From a virus (lineage: Duplodnaviria > Caudoviricetes): a DNA stretch of 64,000 nt. Shown piece by piece: positions 1 to 7,567 of the stretch (positions within the stretch are counted from its first letter, which is position 1; each line of letters begins with the position of its first letter). The notes beneath the pieces are model-generated. The model saw nothing but the letters and a program-made list of their open reading frames with translations. It searched no databases and was not told the origin of the DNA. A program made the position numbers and the translations under genes. The stretch is from positions 1-64,000 of the IMG/VR virus record IMGVR_UViG_3300028580_000062. One strand, written 5' to 3'.

Positions 1-39
1 AACCTTCATGGGATTGCTGATTTTCGTATTCTTACTCAT
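1..39 (-). CDS. 5' end of DUF2815-family ssDNA-binding protein (partial, runs off window)
   Basis: Minus strand reads MSKNTKISNPMKV, matching the N-terminus of the DUF2815 paralog at 35570 (MSKLANPTKV); it follows DUF2800 in the same gene order. Confidence 0.55.
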   Translation of the reverse strand, partial: MSKNTKISNPMKV

Positions 40-1171
40 AATGTTTTTCCTCCATAAAATCATTTTTTGCTGTGTTCATGGCCGGGCGTTTATCGTTTTC
101 CGGCGCAAGAGTGGGTTTGCCCTGCGGTTTTTCAATGTAAGCCGTCAGGAGTTCATCGAAGCGGGACTTACCGAGAAGCTTCTGCATGGCAGTGACGCCG
201 AGCAGCTTCTTTTCATATGGATCAAATCCTGCTTCCTCGACCGTCTGGATAACAGCGGCCTCGTTACTGTACTTACGGTTGGAGCGGCCTTCGACCAGCT
301 TCCAGCCGTTCCATTCCTTCCCGGAGAGCGCCTGCTGCAGGGCATAGTCCTTAATGTCGGATGCCCAGCTGATCAGCTCGTCCACCTTAGAAAGAATGAC
401 TTCGACTTCGGTATCCGTCAGGAGCGGGGGGAGTTTGAAATCGTACTGTGCCAGCCTCAGATTGGCTTCGGCCCTGGCCCGGCATTCATTTCTTGCTTTG
501 CAAAAGCCGCACCATTCTCCGCAGAGAAAGTTTCCATCTCCGGCAAAGGCAAGCACTGCTGTCGGTTTCAGGACTTCGTCTGCCCAGCGGTATAAATCGT
601 CCTTACTGATATCGAAGGTGCTGACATTCTGCCGTCTTGGCTGGTAGATGGTCATGCTGACCTGATCGATGTCGTAGATGTCATCAAAGAGTTCCAAAGC
701 ACCGAGGGCGTAGCACTGCATCTGCGGGTTCTCTTCAGCGGAAACAAGAACGCCGAGGCCGTATTTGAAATCAATGACCCGGAGCGTGCCGTCCGCGATG
801 ATGACGCAGTCGGCGGTACCGAAGCCCTGTTCTACCCAGCGGGAGAAATCTACTCGCTGCTCAATCAGGACAACCGGATCAGCGCAGGCCTTCTTTGCGG
901 CTTCGACCTGTTCCAGCACGAATTCGGCATAGCCGCTGGTGCAGTCGTCCATCTCTTCGGAATACCAGGAAAGCCCATCTGTCGGATCGTCTGCCGGAAG
1001 CCCCAGTGCTTTCTTTAGCTTGAACTCCGCAAGCGCATGGGCATCCGTGCCTTCGGCTGCGTAGTCGCTTCCTTTATCCTCGTAGGTCTCGCAGAGCCGT
1101 GCCGATGGCGGACAATGAATCCACCTGTCAGCGCCGGAGGCAGAGAGAATCGCGTGTTGCTTATTTCCCAT
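32..1171 (-). CDS. DUF2800 family phage protein (PD-(D/E)XK, Cas4-like nuclease fold)
   Basis: HAILSASGADRWIHCPPS, GFGTADCVII, IDFKYG, CGFCKARNEC motifs; clear paralog of 34431..35552. Confidence 0.9.
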   Translation of the reverse strand: MGNKQHAILSASGADRWIHCPPSARLCETYEDKGSDYAAEGTDAHALAEFKLKKALGLPADDPTDGLSWYSEEMDDCTSGYAEFVLEQVEAAKKACADPVVLIEQRVDFSRWVEQGFGTADCVIIADGTLRVIDFKYGLGVLVSAEENPQMQCYALGALELFDDIYDIDQVSMTIYQPRRQNVSTFDISKDDLYRWADEVLKPTAVLAFAGDGNFLCGEWCGFCKARNECRARAEANLRLAQYDFKLPPLLTDTEVEVILSKVDELISWASDIKDYALQQALSGKEWNGWKLVEGRSNRKYSNEAAVIQTVEEAGFDPYEKKLLGVTAMQKLLGKSRFDELLTAYIEKPQGKPTLAPENDKRPAMNTAKNDFMEEKHYE

Positions 1172-1499
1172 TTTCGATTGCCTCCGCGTCCTTCATCAGG
1201 GCTTCATAGTTTGCCGGGTCGATAGCGGAGAGCTTTGTCGCTCCGTATTTCTGGAGCAGGTCACGTACATCGGCAGTGTGTCCTGCGCGGGATTTCCCGG
1301 CAAGAACAGATCTTACGTCCTCCAGCTTTAATTCCGGCTTGGGTTCTTCTTTTGTAGCAGCAGTTTCAGAACTTTGCTGCTTATTGGAATCGTCTGCGCC
1401 GGAGAACTGCTGGTAAAGCCAGTCGGCTGCGTCGTTAATAGCGGTAGCAGCACTGTGGAGATCTTCGATTGTCTGTTTCATGTCTGCCATTTTGCTCAT
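1161..1499 (-). CDS. Small conserved phage protein upstream of DUF2800
   Basis: Likely start MSKMAD at 1499; C-terminus (LEDVRSVLAGKSRAG...LLQKYGATKLS) is similar to 34145..34438. Confidence 0.7.
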   Translation of the reverse strand: MSKMADMKQTIEDLHSAATAINDAADWLYQQFSGADDSNKQQSSETAATKEEPKPELKLEDVRSVLAGKSRAGHTADVRDLLQKYGATKLSAIDPANYEALMKDAEAIENGK

Positions 1500-1638
1500 A
1501 GGTTCTTTCTCCTTTCTCGGATTGTCTTTGCGCGGCAAGAATTGAGAGGTTTCTTGCCATTCTTGCTGATACCTGACTGATTGTTGTAAGGACTTCAATC
1601 ATTTCAATGTTGGTATCGCTTTTGTGATAAGCTTGCAT
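1435..1638 (-). CDS. Small phage hypothetical protein
   Basis: Strong GGAGGTGA RBS before MQAYHK; positional counterpart of 34012..34158. Confidence 0.55.
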   Translation of the reverse strand: MQAYHKSDTNIEMIEVLTTISQVSARMARNLSILAAQRQSEKGERTYEQNGRHETDNRRSPQCCYRY

Positions 1639-1692
1639 CTTGATGCTCACCTCCGTTTCTGAGAGGCTGTTTTGTTGTGCCTCATACTTTCC

Positions 1693-1719
1693 CACTGGAG
1701 ATGAACACCAGATTTGAGC
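1693..1719 (-). promoter_or_regulatory. Putative element-sigma promoter GCTCAA-N14-TCCAGTG
   Basis: Same bipartite motif and 14-nt spacing as at 33939 and 39619; lies just downstream of the sigma-like gene. Confidence 0.5.
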
Positions 1720-1791
1720 GGATTTTCTTTAAAAAAAATTTTCTCTCCGACTGAGGTTGACCCAGCCAGAGAGAAACATGTGCGTTACCTA

Positions 1792-2298
1792 TTAATAACC
1801 ACGTACTTTACGCAATTCAGTACGGATGCGCTTCATCTGGTCAGCAAAGGTACGAGGTTTGCGGCCCAAAGCCTCAGCGATACTACGGTCAGAAATCTTG
1901 TCGTTTTCTTTCCATAATTCAATAATGCGGTCGGCATCAGGGTCGAGTTCCCGAAGACGCTGGAACAGCTGTTCTAAAAGTGCACGGTCTGCATAGATGT
2001 CCTCCATGTTAACGGACGGAGTGAGCTCGGTATCCAGCAGAGAATTCTCATCCTCGGTATTTGATGCATCGAGCGAAAGTGTACCGTAGCCTAAATGGTG
2101 TTCACAGTTTTCACAGTCACCATCGCAGGCCCAGAAGAACTTTTTCGGGCATTTGCAGCGATGGTGGTATTGCTCTTTCTTGCGTACTGCTCCGGCCATA
2201 CGGTAAAAGTCCTGAAACTGTTGCTCCGAACAAGAAATTTTCTGCTTGGTGGAACGGATGTAGATAAAGCGTGTGTTTTGATTGTCGTTGATTGCCAT
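1792..2298 (-). CDS. Sigma-70 region-4-like phage transcription factor
   Basis: N-terminal Cys cluster (RCKC...ACDGDCENC) and C-terminal HTH (SDRSIAEALGRKPRTF); paralog of 24860 and 33439. Confidence 0.75.
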   Translation of the reverse strand: MAINDNQNTRFIYIRSTKQKISCSEQQFQDFYRMAGAVRKKEQYHHRCKCPKKFFWACDGDCENCEHHLGYGTLSLDASNTEDENSLLDTELTPSVNMEDIYADRALLEQLFQRLRELDPDADRIIELWKENDKISDRSIAEALGRKPRTFADQMKRIRTELRKVRGY

Positions 2299-2299
2299 A

Positions 2300-2440
2300 A
2301 GATTTTCTCCTTTCGGCTGTTAAACCGAAGCGGAGATAACCTGTATGGCTGCCAGTTCTGCTTTTCATAAGATGGTCACCTCATGCGGATTTCTCCGCTT
2401 CAAATCGGTGACCAGCCGTTCGTAAGCTGGCACTCATATT
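2300..2440 (-). ncRNA. Structured 5' leader of sigma-like gene
   Basis: Complementary pairs 2327-2336/2392-2401, 2373-2380/2407-2414 and 2350-2355/2427-2432. Confidence 0.4.
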
Positions 2441-2783
2441 GAAAGTTCTTCCATCCATCAGCTACGAACACACCTCGTGGCCACGAAGAAGGTGAGCAAA
2501 TTTCAGGAAAAGTAGTTTTATGTCATGCTTAGGACAAGAATGCAAAAGCAATAATTCAAATTAGCGATAAAATATTTGCGAACGCGATGTAAATATTCAC
2601 GCAAACAGTAGAAAAATGCATTACAATGTGCTATAATTAAAAAGTGCATTTGTCTTAAAAAATACGTTTTGTCAGAAAGCAGTGGTTTGCTGCTTCTGAA
2701 ATTAAGTATAGAAAATCAGGCTGGTACGTTTGGGTACCGGTGGATATGTTCGGATATGAACGGATACGGAGGTGCTTTTGGCA

Positions 2784-3926
2784 ATGGTGTTTTGTGACTT
2801 CGCTCAGCGCGTATATTCAGTGATTGGCTCCGGTAGTAACACAAGTGCCTTCGCTCGCACACTGCTTGATACCATCGTTGTTTATGAGGATGAAGCTTTG
2901 AATCCGATTCAGGAATTAAAGCCTTCGACTTTCAAGGCCTACTACAATGGAACAAACAACATCACGAAAACAGCAAAAAAAATAAACGCCAACGTGGAGA
3001 CGTCAGCGTTTGAAGAATATATTGATTCTTTCCCGGATAATGCTGTTCAAGGACTCTGTAGTTTATTTGAAGAAGCCATTCCGAATATCACACCATATAA
3101 TGCGAGTCAGAAACTGGCAGAGTTGTTTGCTTCTATTATTTATGAAGCTGCTATGGCAAAGCCAAAGGCTGCGAGCAAAAAGAAAACAAGCGAGGAAACG
3201 ACTACATCCGCGCATGATAAATTGACTGCAAAAATTCTCGCCTCTGGGGAAGCGATGGCAAAGGCCTGGGCCGGGGCTGTGAATGGATTGACGGAGGAAC
3301 AAGAACAGACTGCTAAAGCAAAAAGCATCCCGGTATTAAAGCCGGGTCTACTTTCGGATGCAGATAAGGGATTACTTTGTCAATTCAAAAAAGATGTAAA
3401 AGGACTTTTGAAATACTGTATAGATAACGATCCTGCAGCACAACAGACAAAAATTAGTCTGGCAGATGAATTGCACAGCGTGCATCGGAAGTGGCAGTAC
3501 GACCTGCGCGAGATTGAGGATATCGCTTTCCGTCAGCTTGTAATCGATACGACACAAACTATGGAAGAGTACTCCTATTATGTGTCTGATGAGTTTTTGC
3601 GTCTGATACCTGGCACGGATAGATTGTGGTTTAGAAATGAATCGGCCGAAGATGGTGACCGTCTAAGAAATGTTCTCCAACCGAAATCACATGAATTAAG
3701 GCTTGCAATGGCAGAATTATATAGAAGGTTGTATCCAATTCCAGAGGAGGCAAAGCAGGATGAGGCAGAGCCAGTGGAAGCAGAGACTGTGGACGAAGAA
3801 TCATCAGGTGCCGCAGATGCAGCAGGAGATGGTGTAAGAACTCAAATAATCAACAATCCGACTATTGTAAATCAGTACGGTGAAAAGAATGTTCATATTG
3901 AACATGTTGATAATTTGAAGCTCTGA
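2784..3926 (+). CDS. Hypothetical protein with C-terminal RHIM-like motif (TIVNQYGEKNVHIEHV)
   Basis: Long ORF with GGAGGTG RBS before ATG 2784; first gene of a 3-gene operon. Confidence 0.8.
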   Translation: MVFCDFAQRVYSVIGSGSNTSAFARTLLDTIVVYEDEALNPIQELKPSTFKAYYNGTNNITKTAKKINANVETSAFEEYIDSFPDNAVQGLCSLFEEAIPNITPYNASQKLAELFASIIYEAAMAKPKAASKKKTSEETTTSAHDKLTAKILASGEAMAKAWAGAVNGLTEEQEQTAKAKSIPVLKPGLLSDADKGLLCQFKKDVKGLLKYCIDNDPAAQQTKISLADELHSVHRKWQYDLREIEDIAFRQLVIDTTQTMEEYSYYVSDEFLRLIPGTDRLWFRNESAEDGDRLRNVLQPKSHELRLAMAELYRRLYPIPEEAKQDEAEPVEAETVDEESSGAADAAGDGVRTQIINNPTIVNQYGEKNVHIEHVDNLKL

Positions 3927-3940
3927 GCGGAGGTGAGCCT

Positions 3941-4576
3941 ATGAAAGATGAAATACAAACGATAGCTGGTGTTGGCTTACCGGCAAAAACAGTAAATCAG
4001 TATGGCGAGAAAAATGTACATATTGATACAGCTGAAAATGTAACACAGAATATAAACATAAATTTTCCATATGTGCAGAGAATGGCAAATGGAACCATGC
4101 AGCCGACCAGCCGAGTCATCAATCCAGAATATTACAATTTATTTGTGATTGGTGATGAGACTTTTGAATATGATCATTTCATAGTTCCAGCAGATCGTGC
4201 GTTATCGAGATATTGGACATCAGAGGAGCTTCGGGAACGGTATGGCACTTTGTCTGAGACTGCAGTTGAGGCAATGAAAACCTTTCCAGCGCTGTTCATG
4301 CCAGAGGCAGAATTTCAACATGCAAGGGCTGGAGAAAATCAGCAAGTATTCTTTGGCTTTGTTGATGGAATAAGAAAGCAGGATAACGGAGTCAAAATAC
4401 GATGTCAGTTACTGTGGCCCATTCCCATGCAGCAAATAAGCAATATTGGTTTTGAACTTGGCATGTTAGATATGACGAGAGGCATATCAGAAATGAATCA
4501 TACGCATTGGGCAATTAAGCACATCAATCTAAAGGAAGAATTGGCTGATGCGAAGATTTCCCTGTTTGGCTTCTGA
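3941..4576 (+). CDS. Hypothetical protein with N-terminal RHIM-like motif (TVNQYGEKNVHI)
   Basis: GGAGGTGA RBS; 211 aa; C-terminal FPALFMPE...EMNHTHWAIKHINL domain of unknown function. Confidence 0.8.
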   Translation: MKDEIQTIAGVGLPAKTVNQYGEKNVHIDTAENVTQNININFPYVQRMANGTMQPTSRVINPEYYNLFVIGDETFEYDHFIVPADRALSRYWTSEELRERYGTLSETAVEAMKTFPALFMPEAEFQHARAGENQQVFFGFVDGIRKQDNGVKIRCQLLWPIPMQQISNIGFELGMLDMTRGISEMNHTHWAIKHINLKEELADAKISLFGF

Positions 4577-4590
4577 TGGGAGGTGAAAGC

Positions 4591-6876
4591 ATGAGAGACA
4601 AACTGACATCTGAAATTGTAAAATTGGACATGAACGATGCCTCCTACAAAGGTTGCGGGGTATCGATTGTGCCGACTTATGTGAATTTCTTTTTTGGAAA
4701 CAATGGTACGGGCAAATCGACCATTGGCAAAGCGATAAAAGTTGATCGTGGCGTGGAGTGGCAGCCCGGTCGTTCGGTATCCGATTATAAAGTGCATGTT
4801 TATAATCAGGATTACATTAGTGCTAATCTTCCCAACTATCATAACCTTCCAGGCGTGTTTACCGTGAATGAGGTAAATGTCACTATTCAGGCAAAGGTCG
4901 ATGAGAAGCAGATTCAAAAGGAAAAGGCATCAACTGCCTTCTCAGAAGCAGGCGAAGCGAAAACGAAAAAGGCCGCTGCGCTGCAAGAGGCATTGGAGCG
5001 GTTCCAGCAGGAGTGTTGGGAGAAAACCGCAAACTTGCGAGCAGAGTTCAAGAAAACACAAACGAACCGGATGCAAAAGAAATCCTTTGCAGAAGGGGTA
5101 CTCGAAGTAAGGACGCCCAAAGAACATGATGTGGAAGCTTTGCACCGCCTCTATGCTGTAGCCTATTCTGACGACGCAAAAAAATATGAGCTTTTTCCTT
5201 CCATTATAAATACAGCAGCGCTGGATGAACTTGAAGGCAGAGATATTCTCGGAAAAAGAATCGTAAGTAGTGCAGACACGCCTTTTGCGCAGTTCTTGAA
5301 AAAAATAAATGCGGCCAGTTGGGTACAGCAGGGCCACAAACAATTTCATGAGGCAGCAAAAGATACATGCCCGTATTGTCAGCAGCCTATGCCGCTTAGC
5401 TTTGAAGATGATCTAAAGGCTTGCTTCGACTCCAGTTATCAGGAAGCAAAGCAGGCCTTGGCAGATTATTATGAAGCCTATAGAAATGAAGCGAATGAGA
5501 TAGTAGCACCATTGCTCAAGCCGCCTGCGGTGTTGAAACCGGGCATGGACATTACGCCTTTCACTGATAAAGTAGCAGCCATAAAAGGTGTTATCTCGAC
5601 AAACCTGCAAAAGATAAAAGAAAAAATTGATGAGCCAGCTGAGCTTGTGGAAATCGAAGATGTCGCATCAATGCTAAGCGAATTGGAGAATATCATTGAT
5701 GGTTTTAACACGCTCATCAAAGAAAATAATAGCGTCCTCGATGCAAAACCAAAAAAGCAAGCAGAATGTAGAACTGCTGTCTGGGAACATTTTGCTTTTC
5801 TTTTGGCTGATCAGGTTAGCCGGTATAAAACCAGTAAGGCCTTATTGGAGGACGAAATCTCTAAGCTGATTACGGAAATTTCAACACAGCGGACAGCAAT
5901 CGGTGCACTCACACGTGAAATCGCTGAGCTCAATAAAGACTGTGTAAATACAACCGCAACAATTGAGAGCGTAAATGTACTGCTTCGAGATTCTGGTTTC
6001 CAAGGCTTTAGTATCCGGGAAAAAGAAGGAACGCCAAATGTATATGAGGTTGTTAGGCCGGACGGAAATATTGCAGAAAATCTAAGTGAGGGTGAAAGAA
6101 ACTTTATAGCATTTCTGTATTTTTATCATCAGGTTAAGGGCAGTGATAATCCAGATGGGAGCCAGCTCGATAAGATTGTTGTAATCGATGATCCCGTGTC
6201 CAGTATGGACAGCAGTGCCTTATTTATTGTGAGTGCCTTAGTCAGAGAGATGATTCAGATTTGCGAGAATAACGCAATCGGTGTTGATCCGGTCGCAAAG
6301 GCAGATTACATTAAACAAATCTTTATATTGACACATAATGCTTACTTTCATAGGGAAATCACATACAATCAGGTTAAAAATTATTTGTTTGTGAATTTCT
6401 ATTTGATCAGCAAGATTGACAATAAGTCCTCTATCAAGCTTTGCACGAAAGTCAATCCGGAAATAATGACCGAAGAAATAAACTACAATCCGGTACAGAA
6501 TTCGTATGCCGCTCTATGGGAGGAATATAAAGAAATTAATGCACCGATTCCTCTGATGAATGTTATTAGGCGAATACTGGAATATTATTTTCTACAGCTT
6601 TGCGGATACGACGGTGTGACGCTTCGAAAGCGTATTCTGATCGATAACAAGGATAAGTTCATTACAACAGATGCCAACGGCAAAGAGGATTATACACAAT
6701 ACCAAATGGCACATGCAATGCTATCTTACATCTGTGCGAATTCTGTAGGAATCAATGACGGCATCAATTTTGTAGATGACTGTGTAGATGTAGACCAAAC
6801 AAAAGAAACCTTTAGGCTTGTATTTGTGTTAATGGAACAGAAACAGCACTATGACATGATGATGGGAAATCAGTAA
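4591..6876 (+). CDS. RloC-like (AAA_13) ABC ATPase with coiled coil and zinc hook
   Basis: Walker A GNNGTGKST, hook CPYC, signature LSEGE, Walker B VVIDDPVSS, LTHN switch, RRILE motif; the RBS fits the start at 4591. Confidence 0.85.
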   Translation: MRDKLTSEIVKLDMNDASYKGCGVSIVPTYVNFFFGNNGTGKSTIGKAIKVDRGVEWQPGRSVSDYKVHVYNQDYISANLPNYHNLPGVFTVNEVNVTIQAKVDEKQIQKEKASTAFSEAGEAKTKKAAALQEALERFQQECWEKTANLRAEFKKTQTNRMQKKSFAEGVLEVRTPKEHDVEALHRLYAVAYSDDAKKYELFPSIINTAALDELEGRDILGKRIVSSADTPFAQFLKKINAASWVQQGHKQFHEAAKDTCPYCQQPMPLSFEDDLKACFDSSYQEAKQALADYYEAYRNEANEIVAPLLKPPAVLKPGMDITPFTDKVAAIKGVISTNLQKIKEKIDEPAELVEIEDVASMLSELENIIDGFNTLIKENNSVLDAKPKKQAECRTAVWEHFAFLLADQVSRYKTSKALLEDEISKLITEISTQRTAIGALTREIAELNKDCVNTTATIESVNVLLRDSGFQGFSIREKEGTPNVYEVVRPDGNIAENLSEGERNFIAFLYFYHQVKGSDNPDGSQLDKIVVIDDPVSSMDSSALFIVSALVREMIQICENNAIGVDPVAKADYIKQIFILTHNAYFHREITYNQVKNYLFVNFYLISKIDNKSSIKLCTKVNPEIMTEEINYNPVQNSYAALWEEYKEINAPIPLMNVIRRILEYYFLQLCGYDGVTLRKRILIDNKDKFITTDANGKEDYTQYQMAHAMLSYICANSVGINDGINFVDDCVDVDQTKETFRLVFVLMEQKQHYDMMMGNQ

Positions 6877-6887
6877 AGGAGAAAAAA

Positions 6888-7100
6888 ATGCGAATCAGTT
6901 ATAACAAGCTGTGGAAAATGCTAATAGATAAAGGCATGAAAAAAAGTGATTTGAAAGAACAAGCTGGAATCAGTTCAGCTTCAATCGCTAAGCTTGGTAA
7001 AGGTGAAAATATTACTACTGATGTTCTGATAAAAATCTGCGAATCTATGAATTGCCATTTAGAGGACATAATGGAGACAATTCAAGATGACGAGTCCTGA
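6888..7100 (+). CDS. Small XRE/Cro-C1 HTH regulator
   Basis: MRISYNKLWKMLIDKGMKKSDL...ISSASIAKLGKGE, a typical HTH_26-type protein. Confidence 0.85.
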   Translation: MRISYNKLWKMLIDKGMKKSDLKEQAGISSASIAKLGKGENITTDVLIKICESMNCHLEDIMETIQDDES

Positions 7101-7130
7101 TTATGGTACAGCGAAAGGAATAAGATTAGT

Positions 7131-7553
7131 ATGGGCGTAATTATTACGGCCCGGAATTTTTCTCCACAGAATCAAGCCGGGCTCTTAAAACCAATTGTTT
7201 ATTGCTGTCCGTATGCAGGCGTAACAGAGCATGCTGTGGCGATAGATCTTGAATTGGCACAGGCGCTAAAGGCAATTAAACCAAAGCGACGGACAATGCA
7301 AATCGAACGCTGTTTTGCAGATATACTATCGAAGCTCCCGGATGGAGTAGTGTTGAAAGATTTTGATGTACTTTTCAATCCGGACTACAAAGTTGATGTG
7401 ATGACGATGATGGTGAATACCTGCAAAGCAAAACCTTTTGGAATTCTCTGGCCAGGTACCTTTGACGGCACCAGACTTGTATATGCAGAAGAAGGATTTC
7501 AAGATTACAAAACGTATGACGTGAGCTCCTATGACATCACGTGCATCGTATAA
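7131..7553 (+). CDS. brxF: BREX type 3 BrxF protein
   Basis: LKDFDVLFNP...LWPG...LVYAEEG motifs; first gene in brxF-brxC-pglXI-brxHII-pglZ-brxA order. Confidence 0.75.
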   Translation: MGVIITARNFSPQNQAGLLKPIVYCCPYAGVTEHAVAIDLELAQALKAIKPKRRTMQIERCFADILSKLPDGVVLKDFDVLFNPDYKVDVMTMMVNTCKAKPFGILWPGTFDGTRLVYAEEGFQDYKTYDVSSYDITCIV

Positions 7554-7567
7554 GGAGGAAATGCGAG

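Larger units (their letters stand above)
1..2450 (-). mobile_element. Prophage A: start of early/replication operon (continues left of window)
   Basis: Gene order sigma-like, small ORF, small ORF, DUF2800, DUF2815 is identical to prophage B at 33.4-36.1 kb. Confidence 0.8.

Noticed and set aside
32-1171. DUF2800 as a CRISPR cas4 gene
   Set aside because: It sits in a standard phage replication module with DUF2815 and polymerase; there is no CRISPR context.
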